From contig CAWKHF010000001.1 in the NCBI GenBank assembly GCA_963849325.1, forward strand, positions 160,001 through 224,000: DNA of 64,000 bases, read 5' to 3'. Shown here in pieces: positions 1-10,426 of this stretch. How positions within the stretch are numbered: position 1 is the first letter of the stretch; every line of letters starts with the position of its first letter. Below the pieces are notes generated by a model that was not told the origin of the DNA, made no database searches, and saw only the letters and a list, made by a program, of their open reading frames with translations. Source of the stretch: an uncultured Planctomycetota bacterium. GTDB lineage: Bacteria; Planctomycetota; Planctomycetia; Gemmatales; Gemmataceae. The translations under genes and the position numbers were made by a program.

Positions 1-736
<736 letters not shown>

Positions 737-740
<4 letters not shown>

Positions 741-2373
741 ACGGCGCTCTCTGGCTGCTGATCGGGTTGCAACTGCGCGGCTGGCTGCGTTACCTGCTGC
801 GGAGCCTGCGCACGCTCAAGGGAGCGCTGCTGGCCCTGGTCGGAGCGATGGTGTTTCTGCCGTGGCTGCTGTCGATCCTGCTGCGGCCGCGACCGGATGC
901 CTGGCTCGCCGACGACCTGCGCGACTACGGGCCGGCCCTGCTGTTGCTCTACTGCTTCATGAACGTGGTCTTCTCGACCGGCGAACGGGCCATCTATTTT
1001 CCACCGGCCGAGGTGAATTTGCTGTTTCCCGGGCCGTTCAGTCGCCGGCAACTCTTGACCTACAAAACCGCCTCGACGCTGATCGTGGGCTTGCCGACGG
1101 CCCTATTCCTGAGTCTGGCCCTGCACGTACGTGCCTCCTGGTTCGCGGCGTCGTTCACGGCCATGCTGCTCATCGTGCTGTTCATGCAACTGTTCGGCCT
1201 GACGATCAATTTGCTCGCCGTCAGCGTCGGCGCGCGGCTGTACACGCGCGGCGCAAGCTCGTGCTGGCGGGGTCCGTGCTGCTCGGCGCGGCGCTGGTGC
1301 TGCAATTCGGCGGGCCGCCGGCGCAGTGGCAGCCGCGCGAGCTGCTTCGGCAAGCGCTGGCGACGCCCGCCTGGAAAACGGCGTCTCTGCCGCTGCGCTG
1401 GTTCTTCGACGCCTTCACGGCGACGCGCCTGTGGCCGGACCTGCTGGGATCGGCCGCCCTGGCGGCGCTGGTGGACCTGGCCCTGGTCGGCGTCGTCTTC
1501 GCCCTGGACGCGCAGTACCTGGAGGCGTCGGCGACGGCCAGCGCCCGCATCTACGCGCGCGTGCAGCGCCTGCGCCGTGGAGGCATCGGTTCGGGCGAAG
1601 GACTGTGGCGCGGCCTCACGGCGCGCCTGAGCCTGCCCATGCCACCGTCGCTGGGCGGCGTCGGCCCGATCGTGTGGCGGCAGCTGACGACGGCGCTGCG
1701 CGGAGCGGATCGGCTGCTCTTGCTGCTGCTCATCCTCGGCACCGCCCTGGCCGCGCCGATCCTGGCCAACCTGCACCAGGAGCAGGAGAACATGCTCCTC
1801 GTCCTGGGGCCGGTGGCCCTGTGGCTGACGCTGTTTCTGACGACGATGCTGCCCTTCGATTTCCGCGGCGACATCGATCGGCTGGCACTGCTGAAAACAC
1901 TGCCGCTGCCGGCCTGGCGCCTGGCGGTCGGCCAACTGCTGGCGCCGGTGTTGCTGATGACCGGCTTGCAGTGGTTGGGACTGATCGCGGTCGTCTGGGT
2001 GTCGCCGCCGGCCGAGTGGCTGCTGCCGACCTGCCTGGCATGTGCCCTCTACGTCGCCCCGATCAACTTCTTGTTGTTCGCCCTGGATAATCTGCTGTTT
2101 CTGCTGTTTCCGACGCGGCTGATGGCGGCGACGCCGGGCGACTTTCAGGCGCTGGGCCGCAACGTGCTGTTCATGGTGGCCAAGGCGACGGCGCTGTTCG
2201 TGGTGGCCGTGGCGGCGGGTGTCGTGGCCTGGGCGGCCTACCTCGTGACGGGACGGAACGAAGTGGCCGGCGCGGCGGCGTGGCCGGTCGTGCTGCTGTG
2301 CGCCGCCGCCCTGGTGCCGCTCGTCGCCTGGGCCTTCGTCCTCTTCGACGTCGGCCGCGATACGCCGGCGTAA
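737..2373 (+). CDS. Putative ABC exporter permease (multi-pass membrane protein); frameshift near 1250
   Basis: ATGA overlap with the ATPase. ORFs 737-1630 and 862-2373 join into one hydrophobic protein containing the motifs FPPAEVNLLFPGPFSRRQLL and PFDFRGDIDRL. Confidence 0.8.
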
Positions 2374-2379
2374 GTTTGA

Positions 2380-2433
2380 TCCGAGCCGGAAGCGTAAGCG
2401 AAGAGCACTCTTCGCTTACGCTTCCGGCTCGGA
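2380..2433. repeat. REP-like palindrome, family A (TCCGAGCC(G/T)GAAGCG...)
   Basis: Perfect 26-bp arms with a 2-nt loop just after the permease stop; related copies at 4247 and 37645. Confidence 0.85.
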
Positions 2434-2466
2434 AGAGTTTTGGCGGATCGCAAGGAGGAAGCCCGC

Positions 2467-4227
2467 ATGAAGGATTCATCTCCCCTCGGATCGCCGGCCT
2501 GGGTCTACAAACGCGACGGGCAGCTCGTGCCGTTCGACGCGGACAAGATCAGTCGGGCGCTGTTCGCCGTCACCGAGGACCTGGGTCGGCCCGATGCCTT
2601 CCTGGCCCGCGAACTGGCCGACGGTGTCGTCCACTTCCTTACCGCCGAGAGCGAAGAGGCCACGCCGACGACGGCACAGATTGCCGAGTTCGTCGTGAAG
2701 GTCGTGCGCGAGTTGGGGCAGCCGGCGCTGGCCGAGGCGTTCGCGCGCTGCGCCGCGCAGCGGCGGCGAACCGTCCCGCCCGCCGGCGCGACGGAGACGT
2801 CTCGGCCGGCGAGTCCGGCCGCGCCATCCGGTGAGGTCGTGCTGCGCTTCACGCCGGGGACGCCGCTGTCGCGGATCGTTCCTGCCTGCGTGCGCGACTA
2901 CACGTTGCAGACGGTGTACACCCGCGATCTGGTGGCGGCGCAGGCAGCGGGGCTGCTGACACTGACAGGGCTGGATACGCCGAACGAGTTGGCCGGCTGC
3001 GTGCTGGGGCCGCCTCTCGATCCGGACCCCGGCCCGATTGCCGCCCTCGAGGAATTGCGTCGCTTCGCGGGCCACTTCGTGGTACTGGATGGCCCGGAGC
3101 ACCTTCTGGCGATAGACGAACGGCCGGACGTGAAGGAGTTCGCGCGCGACCTGGCGATTGGCCTGCGCCTGACGGGGTTGCTCGGAGTCATCAATCTCAA
3201 CAGTGCCGCGCCGCCGTCGTGGGCGGGCGATCTGGCCGAAGGCCCTCTGTTCGCGGCCCGGCAGCGAGCGGCGCGGGCCGAATCCTTGCAGCCGCTGGCG
3301 GATAGGCTTGTCGAAGAACTACTGCGTCCTTCGCACTCCATCCCGTGCGCAGGCCGGGTGCGCATCGACTGGCACCTGGGCGAGTTGGACTTCACGGCGC
3401 CGCCAGCGCCACGCGAACGCCTGCAGCGGTTGGCGCGGTTGGCCCTGGAGGGCGCGTCGCTGGGCTTCGTCTTCGATCGGCCGCGCCGGCCGACGGCCCT
3501 GGCCGAGGGCGTGGACCGGCAGCACCCGGCCGTCCTGCTGACGGTCGGCGTCCACCTGCCGCGCCTGGCGACGCAGCCGGGCATCGACGGCGATCCCTCC
3601 AAGTTCCTGGCGAAGCTCGGCAGCCTGGCCCGCCTGGCCCTCAGCGCCGGCGTGCAGAAGCGCGAGTACCTCCGCCGTCTCGAACGCGGCCGACCGCGCA
3701 CCGGGTCGGACGGCCCGGCCGTCACCAACGGCTTTCTGCTCGACCGGGCGCGCCTGGTCGTCGCCCCGGTGGGGCTGGACGGCGTCGTCTCGTCGTTCCA
3801 CAAGAAGGGTCTGAGTGGCGGCGGGGCGGCCCTCGATTTCGGGCGGCAGATCGTCCAACGCCTGCGCGACGTGCTGCGTCAGGACGGCCGCAACGCTCAC
3901 CTGGATACCTGTGTGGATGGGCCGTTCGGCTTTCGGCTCGTCGAGGCGGCGGACACGGCGGGATGCGAATGGCCGGCGGCCGAGGAGACGGCGGGCCTGA
4001 CCGCGTGGGATGCGACGGCGGCGCTCAAGGGACAGCTGCGCTCGGCCGGCGTCCTGCAAGGCGTGGCCGAGCACGGTACGCTCGCCCTGTTCCTCCCCGA
4101 GGAGCGGCCGCCGATGCCCGAGCAGGTCGCGGAGTGGCTGCACACGGCCTGGCAGCAGACCGATGTGGTGCGCCTGCGCCTGGTTCGCGGAGCGGTCCCG
4201 TCTCGACAACTGACGTTTGCCTCGTAG
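2467..4227 (+). CDS. ATP-cone domain protein with a degenerate NrdD (class III RNR)-like body
   Basis: RBS AAGGAGG before ATG 2467. The N-terminal VYKRDGQLVPFDADKISRAL is an ATP cone. VHLPRLA and VAPVGLDG recall NrdD core strands, but there is no Zn ribbon or RVxGY glycyl-radical motif. Confidence 0.7.
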   Translation: MKDSSPLGSPAWVYKRDGQLVPFDADKISRALFAVTEDLGRPDAFLARELADGVVHFLTAESEEATPTTAQIAEFVVKVVRELGQPALAEAFARCAAQRRRTVPPAGATETSRPASPAAPSGEVVLRFTPGTPLSRIVPACVRDYTLQTVYTRDLVAAQAAGLLTLTGLDTPNELAGCVLGPPLDPDPGPIAALEELRRFAGHFVVLDGPEHLLAIDERPDVKEFARDLAIGLRLTGLLGVINLNSAAPPSWAGDLAEGPLFAARQRAARAESLQPLADRLVEELLRPSHSIPCAGRVRIDWHLGELDFTAPPAPRERLQRLARLALEGASLGFVFDRPRRPTALAEGVDRQHPAVLLTVGVHLPRLATQPGIDGDPSKFLAKLGSLARLALSAGVQKREYLRRLERGRPRTGSDGPAVTNGFLLDRARLVVAPVGLDGVVSSFHKKGLSGGGAALDFGRQIVQRLRDVLRQDGRNAHLDTCVDGPFGFRLVEAADTAGCEWPAAEETAGLTAWDATAALKGQLRSAGVLQGVAEHGTLALFLPEERPPMPEQVAEWLHTAWQQTDVVRLRLVRGAVPSRQLTFAS

Positions 4228-4246
4228 GAAGCGTCGAGCCATTCCT

Positions 4247-4301
4247 TCCGAGCCTGAAGCGTAAGCGAAGAGATGCTCTTCGCTTACGCTTCAGGCTCGG
4301 A
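4247..4301. repeat. REP-like palindrome, family A, between convergent genes
   Basis: TCCGAGCCTGAAGCGTAAGCGAAGAG-atg-CTCTTCGCTTACGCTTCAGGCTCGGA. Confidence 0.85.
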
Positions 4302-4340
4302 TAACAACCGTTTGTCCGTTTGCTCGAAGCCGCCAGCGGC

Positions 4341-5577
4341 TCACTGGCTATGTCGTATCAGCAGAATCAGGTTGACGAGGAAGCTCAGCCCCAGAAGTCC
4401 GCCGAGGATGGCGATCCACATCCAGGCGTTCGCCGGGCCGGATGGGGCGGCCGGCGTCTCCTCCTCGTCGGTGTCGCCCTGGCCCAGCGCCGCCAGGGTC
4501 GAGGCCTCGATGCGCTGGCGGGCCAGCTTCGGCGCCTCGCCGGAAAGAAGACATTCCAGATCGATAATCAGATCGTCGGCCTTGCGGTAGCGGCGACGCC
4601 GGTCCTTGGCCATGAGAAATTCGACCACTTCGCCCAGCCCGGAAGACAGCGACTGATTGAGGTGGTCCGGCGGCGTCAGCTCCTCCTCGACGTGGGCCAG
4701 CAGGACGCGGTCGATCTCCTCGTAGTGGAACGGCGGATGGCCGGTGACCATGTGATACAGCGTCGCGCCCAGCGAATACAGATCGGCCCGTCCATCGATG
4801 TCTTCGCGTCCGCGGATCTGCTCCGGGGCGATGTAATAGGGCGTGCCGATGGTCAGGCCCTTCTCGCGGCGAGCCAGCACGGCGTCGGCCGTCTCGCGCG
4901 CCATGCCCAGGTCGGCCAGCTTGGCGATGCCGTCGGCCGTCAGCACGATGTTGGCCGGCTTGACGTCGCGGTGGATCAGGCCGCGGCGATGCGCGTGCTG
5001 CAACGCCTGGGCGATTTGCAGGATGATCTCGATCGCCTCGCGCTCGGGGTAGATCTTGCCCCCCTCCAGGATTTGCCGGATCGTCTGGCCCTCGACCAGC
5101 TCCATGACGAAGTAGTGCAGCGGCCCGGCCGAGCCGACGTCGATGGCCTGGATCATGTTGTTGTGGCTGAGGCGAGCGGCCAGGTGCGCCTCGCGCGTCA
5201 GGCGCTGCAAGAACTCGGGGTTGGCGGCCAGGCGCGGATGCAGCACCTTGACGGCCACCAGGCGGTTCATGCTCAGTTGCCGCGACTTGTAGACGGTGCC
5301 CATCGCTCCCTGGCCGAGCTTCTCCAGCAGTTGATAGCCGGGAATCTGCTGGCCCAGGAGCGCCTCCAGTTCCTTGCCGGCGCTGGGCCTGGTTGGCGGT
5401 CAGGTAGCCGGCCGCGACCAGGCGCGACAGCAGAGCGTCGGGACCGGCGTCGCCGCCGGCGGCCGGCCGACAGCTCTGCGCCTCCTCCCGCGTCAGCAGA
5501 CCGCGGCTGATGAGCGCGTGCGCCAGTCGCTCTTCGTCCACGCGAGCGCTCCCGTCCGAACGCGGCGCCTCGGCCAT
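4341..5577 (-). CDS. Serine/threonine protein kinase with a C-terminal TM helix; frameshift near 5385
   Basis: GQGAMG loop, VAVK, HRDVKPAN, DLG, GTPYYIAPE and DLYSLG motifs. The N-terminus MAEAPRS lies in another frame with RBS AAGGAG. Confidence 0.9.
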
Positions 5578-5696
5578 GTCCCGGCTCCTTGACACCTATT
5601 CCCTTCTCCACCGCTTTGGAGAGAAGGACCAAAGACAACACCCGATTTCTTCCACCAAACTTCACGGTCGGCTCGCGCCGGCGCGGCAGCCTGTTC

Positions 5697-5726
5697 TTGC
5701 ATGCTCTTCCATTAGCCTGTTAGTAT
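5697..5726 (+). promoter_or_regulatory. Putative sigma70 promoter for the HNH gene
   Basis: TTGCAT-N18-TAGTAT with a TG extension, in an AT-rich patch about 100 bp upstream of the ATG. Confidence 0.45.
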
Positions 5727-5829
5727 AGAGAAAACTTGAACCCGATTCCGCGCCGGCGCCTCGATACCATTAGATCGTGCCGAGGCCGGCCGAATCGGTC
5801 GGGCGCGACACCGGGAGAAAGGGAGCCTC

Positions 5830-6465
5830 ATGCACTCCAGTTCCACGACCGCCTTGGACGCCAGTGTCCTGGTCCTGAACAAACTGTTCATGGCCATTCA
5901 CATTATTTCCGTGCGGCGGGCCTTCTGCCTGCTGTGCAAGGACCTGGCCGAGGTGGTCAGCCTGGAAGACGGCCAATTCACCACCTACGATTTCGCCACC
6001 TGGCGCGAGGTCAGCGAATACCGCGCTCGCAACTTCCGCCAAGAGGACGACGACTGGGTCCGCACCGTCAGCTGCGAGATCCAGGTGCCGCGGGTCATCC
6101 GCCTGATGGACTACGACCGTCTGCCCAAGCAGACGGTGAAGTTCAATCGCCGCAATATCTTCGCCCGCGATAACAACCAGTGCCAGTTCTGCGGCAAGAA
6201 ATTTCCGACCTCGGAGCTGAGCCTGGACCACGTGCTGCCGCGCAGCCAGGGCGGCGCCAGCACCTGGGAGAACATCGTCTGCGCCTGTGTCAATTGCAAC
6301 GTCAAAAAGGGCGGCCGGACGCCGAAGGAGGCGCACATGCACCTCATCCGCAAGCCGGAGAAGCCCAAGCGCAGCCCGCTGCTCAACCTCAAACTGACGC
6401 ACAGCAAGTACCAGTCGTGGAAGACGTTCCTCGAAAACGCCTACTGGTCGGTCGAGCTGAAGTAG
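5830..6465 (+). CDS. HNH endonuclease (McrA/HNH_5-like)
   Basis: N-terminal VLVLN, then RRNIFARD, CQFCG, LSLDHVLPRSQGG and WENIVCACVNCN. Confidence 0.92.
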   Translation: MHSSSTTALDASVLVLNKLFMAIHIISVRRAFCLLCKDLAEVVSLEDGQFTTYDFATWREVSEYRARNFRQEDDDWVRTVSCEIQVPRVIRLMDYDRLPKQTVKFNRRNIFARDNNQCQFCGKKFPTSELSLDHVLPRSQGGASTWENIVCACVNCNVKKGGRTPKEAHMHLIRKPEKPKRSPLLNLKLTHSKYQSWKTFLENAYWSVELK

Positions 6466-6553
6466 CGTGGCCGCCGATGCCCATGCCGCTCTGGCCTGAA
6501 GCGGCTCAAGGACCTTCTCGCCGTCCTGCCCAGCGGACTGGAAGGAATTGGAC

Positions 6554-9500
6554 ATGGCAAGTGGCAGTTCCGGCAAGTACGCCCTGCTGGCCCGACTGGC
6601 CGACGAGTTCATGGCCCGCTACCGGCGCGGCGAACCCCCGTCCTTACAGGAGTACCTCGACCGCTATCCCGACCTGGCCGACGACATCCGCGAACTGTTC
6701 CCGGCGATGGTCGAGATCGAGCGAACCAAGCAGGACCGCCGCGAGGACAAGGAGCCTCCCGCCGCGGACCACGCGACGGCGACGCCGGACCAGGTCGGCG
6801 ATTATCGCATCCTCCGCACGGTTGGCCACGGCGGCATGGGCATCGTCTACGAGGCCGAGCAGGTCGCGCTCGGCCGGCGTGTCGCCCTCAAGATGCTGCC
6901 GCCGAACTTGCTGCCGGATGAACGGCACAAACGCCGTTTCGAGCGCGAGGCCCGGGCGGCCGCCCGGTTGCACCACACCAACATCGTGCCCGTCTTCGGC
7001 ATCGGCGAACACGACGGCACCCCCTTCTACGTCATGCAGTTCATCCAGGGACTGGGACTGGATGAGGTGCTCAGCGAGCTAAAACGTCTGCAAGGGGAGA
7101 GTGACGCGGCCGCGCGTCTGGGCGAAAGGGAGCCTGGGACGTCGCCGCGCGACGTGTCGGCCGCGGACGTCGCCCGTTCCTTGCTCGCGGGGCAGTATCG
7201 GCCTCCCCTCGACGCGACCGTGGCGGCGTCCTCCGGCGCCTCGGACGACCCGTCTCCCTCCGCGTTTGTCCTTCGCTCCGATTCGGCCGCGCCTTCATCC
7301 TCCTCGGTGGCGCTGCCGGGACAGGGGGAAGACGAACGCCAGCCGCGCACGCGGAAGGCGACGTACTGGGAAAGCGTCGGCGCATCGGCGTGCAAGTGGC
7401 CGACGCCCTCGATCACGCGCACCGGCAAGGCATCTTGCACCGCGACATCAAGCCGTCCAACCTTCTGCTGGACACGCGGGGCATCGTCTGGGTGACCGAC
7501 TTCGGCCTGGCCAAGACGGACGATCGCCAGGACCTAACGCATCCCGGCGACCTCCTCGGCACTCTGCGCTACATGCCCCCGGAGGCGTTCGAGGGCCGAG
7601 TCGACGCCCGCGGCGATGTCTACGCGCTGGGGCTGACGCTGTATGAATTGCTGGCCTTTCGGCCGGCCTTCGACGAGAGGGACCGGCCGAAACTCATCAA
7701 GCAGGTCACGAGCACGGAGCCGACCCGCTTGCGGATGCTCAATCCGCGGGTGCCGCGCGACCTGGAGACGATCGTCCACAAGGCGATCGACCGCGACCCG
7801 AGCCGGCGCTACAGTACGGCCGGCGAGTTGGCCGCCGACCTGCAACGCTTCATCGACGATCGACCGATCCGGGCCCGGCGCGTTCGTGCCCTGGAGCAGC
7901 TGGGGCGCTGGTGCCGGCACAACCGAGCGGTGGCCGGTTTGCTGCTGTCGGTCGTGGCGCTGCTGGCCGTGCTCGCCGCCGGCGGGACCATCACCTCCTT
8001 TCGGCTCGAGTCGCACCTGACGCGCGCGGAGACGGCGGAGCGGGATGCGCGGAAGAGGGAGTTCGAGGCCCTGGTGGCGCAGGCCAAGGCGGGCCGCTTC
8101 AGCCGACGCAAGGGGCAACGCTTCGACACCCTCCAGGCCGTCCGCGAGGCGCTGACCCTGCTGCCGGAGCTGGAACTGCCGGAGGAAGAGCAGAGGCGGC
8201 ACCGCGACGAACTGCGCAACCTGGCGATCTCCGCACTCATCCTGCCGGACCTGCATCTGCGCCGCCAAGTGCCGCGCCCGAGCGAGCGCTACAGCTATCA
8301 GGCCCAGAGCGAAGGAAGCTCCTATCTGGACAGCAACGCGCGGGGCGATGTCCTGCTGTTCCGGGCCGCCGATCACCAGGAAATCGCCCGGCTGCCCGGA
8401 GAGGGACAGGTCACGCCGGTCACGTTCAATCCGTTGAATGAAAACCTTGTCTGGGTCTATCGGCCCGAGGGCGAGGGTTATCGACTGCTGGAGTGGGACC
8501 CCGCCACGGGCCGGACGCGGGTGCTGGTGGAGCAGAGCGTTGGCCGGAATGGCGCCTCCGTCAACCTGAACCTGACCCGCTGGGCCATCGCCAACGACAA
8601 CAAAGGCGTCCTCGAATGTCGGGAGCTGCCGTCGTTCCGGCTGTTGCGGCTGCTCGCGGTCGGCAAGGGGGACATTCGCCATGCCCTGTCCCCGGATGGC
8701 CGGCAGGTAGCGGTCGTGACCGGCCTGTACGGCGAGCGCAGCACGCGCAACTGCGCGTGTATGACCTGGAAACGGGAGACCGAATCGCCGAGCTACCGCA
8801 TACCAACGGCGTGTCCATGGCCGAATGGATGCCGGACGGCCGAACCCTGCTTGTCGCCTGCATCGATACCAACGAGATCTTTCTGTGGGACGTACCGTCT
8901 CGGAAGGTGCTGCGCGTGTTCGACCGGCAGAAGGGGGGAGCGCCGTCCATCGCGTTGAACCGCACCGGCGAACTGCTGGCCAGCACGGCACTCTGGTCGG
9001 GCGGCATGCGCTTGTGGCACCCCGGCACGGGGCAAGAGTTGCTGAGCATCCCCGATACGAGCATGGTCGCTTACCGGCCGTTCTGGGGCACCATGCTGGA
9101 GGCCCAGCTCTTTCGCCGCGAGGAGGAGCATCACGAGGTCTGGGAGATCGTGCCCGGTCGAGAGTATCGCACGCTGACGCACCGTCCGAACGAAGCCGCG
9201 CCGGAGTTCCGCGGCATCAGCGTCAGCCCGGATGGCCGGCTGGTCGCCGCGGGCGTTCGAGAAGGCGCGGCGATCTGGGACCTGGTCCGCGGCGAGGAGC
9301 GGGCGGTGCTGCGCGTCGGCCGAAGCAGCGTCTGGTTCGAGCCGGTCTCCGGCGACCTGTTCACCAACGGCTCGGGCCGCCTGCTGCGCTGGCCGGTCGC
9401 CGCGCCGTCGCCGGAGGAACGGCGCTTCGGACCTCCTCAGATCTGGAACAACGAGGGCCATTTCGACAGCGCCGTCCGCGGCAGCCGCGACGGCAAGACC

Positions 9501-10181
9501 ATTGCCGTGTCGGGATGGCCGGGCCTGCACCCCCTGGTGTTCCATGCGGAGACGCCCCGGAAGCCGATTCGGTTGGGGCCTTTCGCGGAGGTGCGAACCG
9601 TGGACGTCAGCCCGGATGGCCGCTGGGTCGTCACACCCAGCTTTGAAGGCTCGAAGGTCGCCATCTGGGATGCCCGTACCGGAGAACGGATTCATCAATT
9701 GGTGACGACCCGCTTGAACAGTGCCTGCTTCAGTCCCGACGGTCGCTGGCTGGCCGTCCTCTGGTTCGACGGCTTGACGATCTGGGAGGTGGAGACCTGG
9801 CGAGAAGTACGAAAGATCCCGCCCCCCTGGTGGTGGGTAGGGCGACTGACTTTTTCCCCGGATAGCCGGTTGCTGGCCTTCGAGAGCGGGCGGGGGATGA
9901 TCCGCTTGGTGGACCCGTCCACCGGCGTGGACCTGGCCGTGTTGGAAGACCCCAATCAGGATCGCGCCGGTTTCATGACCTTCAGCCCCGACGGCACCCA
10001 ACTCATCGTCGCCAGCAACGACAGCCAGACGATCCACGTCTGGAACCTGCGGGCCATCCGCCGCCAACTCGTCGAGCTGGACCTGGACTGGGCGATCCCG
10101 TCTTATCCGCCGGCGCCGCAGCCGCCGCTCCGGGCCATAGGCCCGCCGCTGCTGCAAATCCGGGTGGACCCGGGCAAGTAG
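6554..10181 (+). CDS. Ser/Thr protein kinase with TM segment and WD40 repeats; frameshifts near 7380 and 8745
   Basis: GHGGMG, VALK, HRDIKPSN, DFG and GTLRYMPPE motifs; downstream SPDG/FSPD WD40-like repeats. Three consecutive ORFs join into one protein. Confidence 0.88.
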
Positions 10182-10198
10182 GAAAACGACCAAAAGCC

Positions 10199-10290
10199 AA
10201 CCGAGCCGCGACCGTCAGGGAGCGGTTCGGTCTGAAATAGAGAGCGGGGAATGGAATGTCCTTACGCGGCTCCCTGACGGGACGGCGGTT
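10199..10290. repeat. Degenerate REP-like palindrome, family B (GAGCCGCGACCGTCAGGGAGCG)
   Basis: The left arm is followed by a partial complement CTCCCTGACGG; related copy at 52611. Confidence 0.55.
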
Positions 10291-10426
10291 TGTCATCCCG
10301 CCAGGGAGTTTGTGTTTGCCAAGGATCGATTGTCAAAAAGATTGTGGAGAGTTTTCTCGGCGGTTATGGTGAAGATCCTGGACGAGGAGGCCGAGGAAGT
10401 TTCGCAGGCTGAGTCGGAGAACGCCC

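Noticed and set aside
5830-6465. HNH gene as IscB/Cas9-like or as part of the R-M system
   Set aside because: Only 211 aa, no RuvC or PLMP motifs, no array or transposon ends, and about 38 kb from the R-M genes.
10312-10426. Possible remnant of an ECF sigma factor upstream of the TPR kinase
   Set aside because: Too short and without convincing region 4 motifs.
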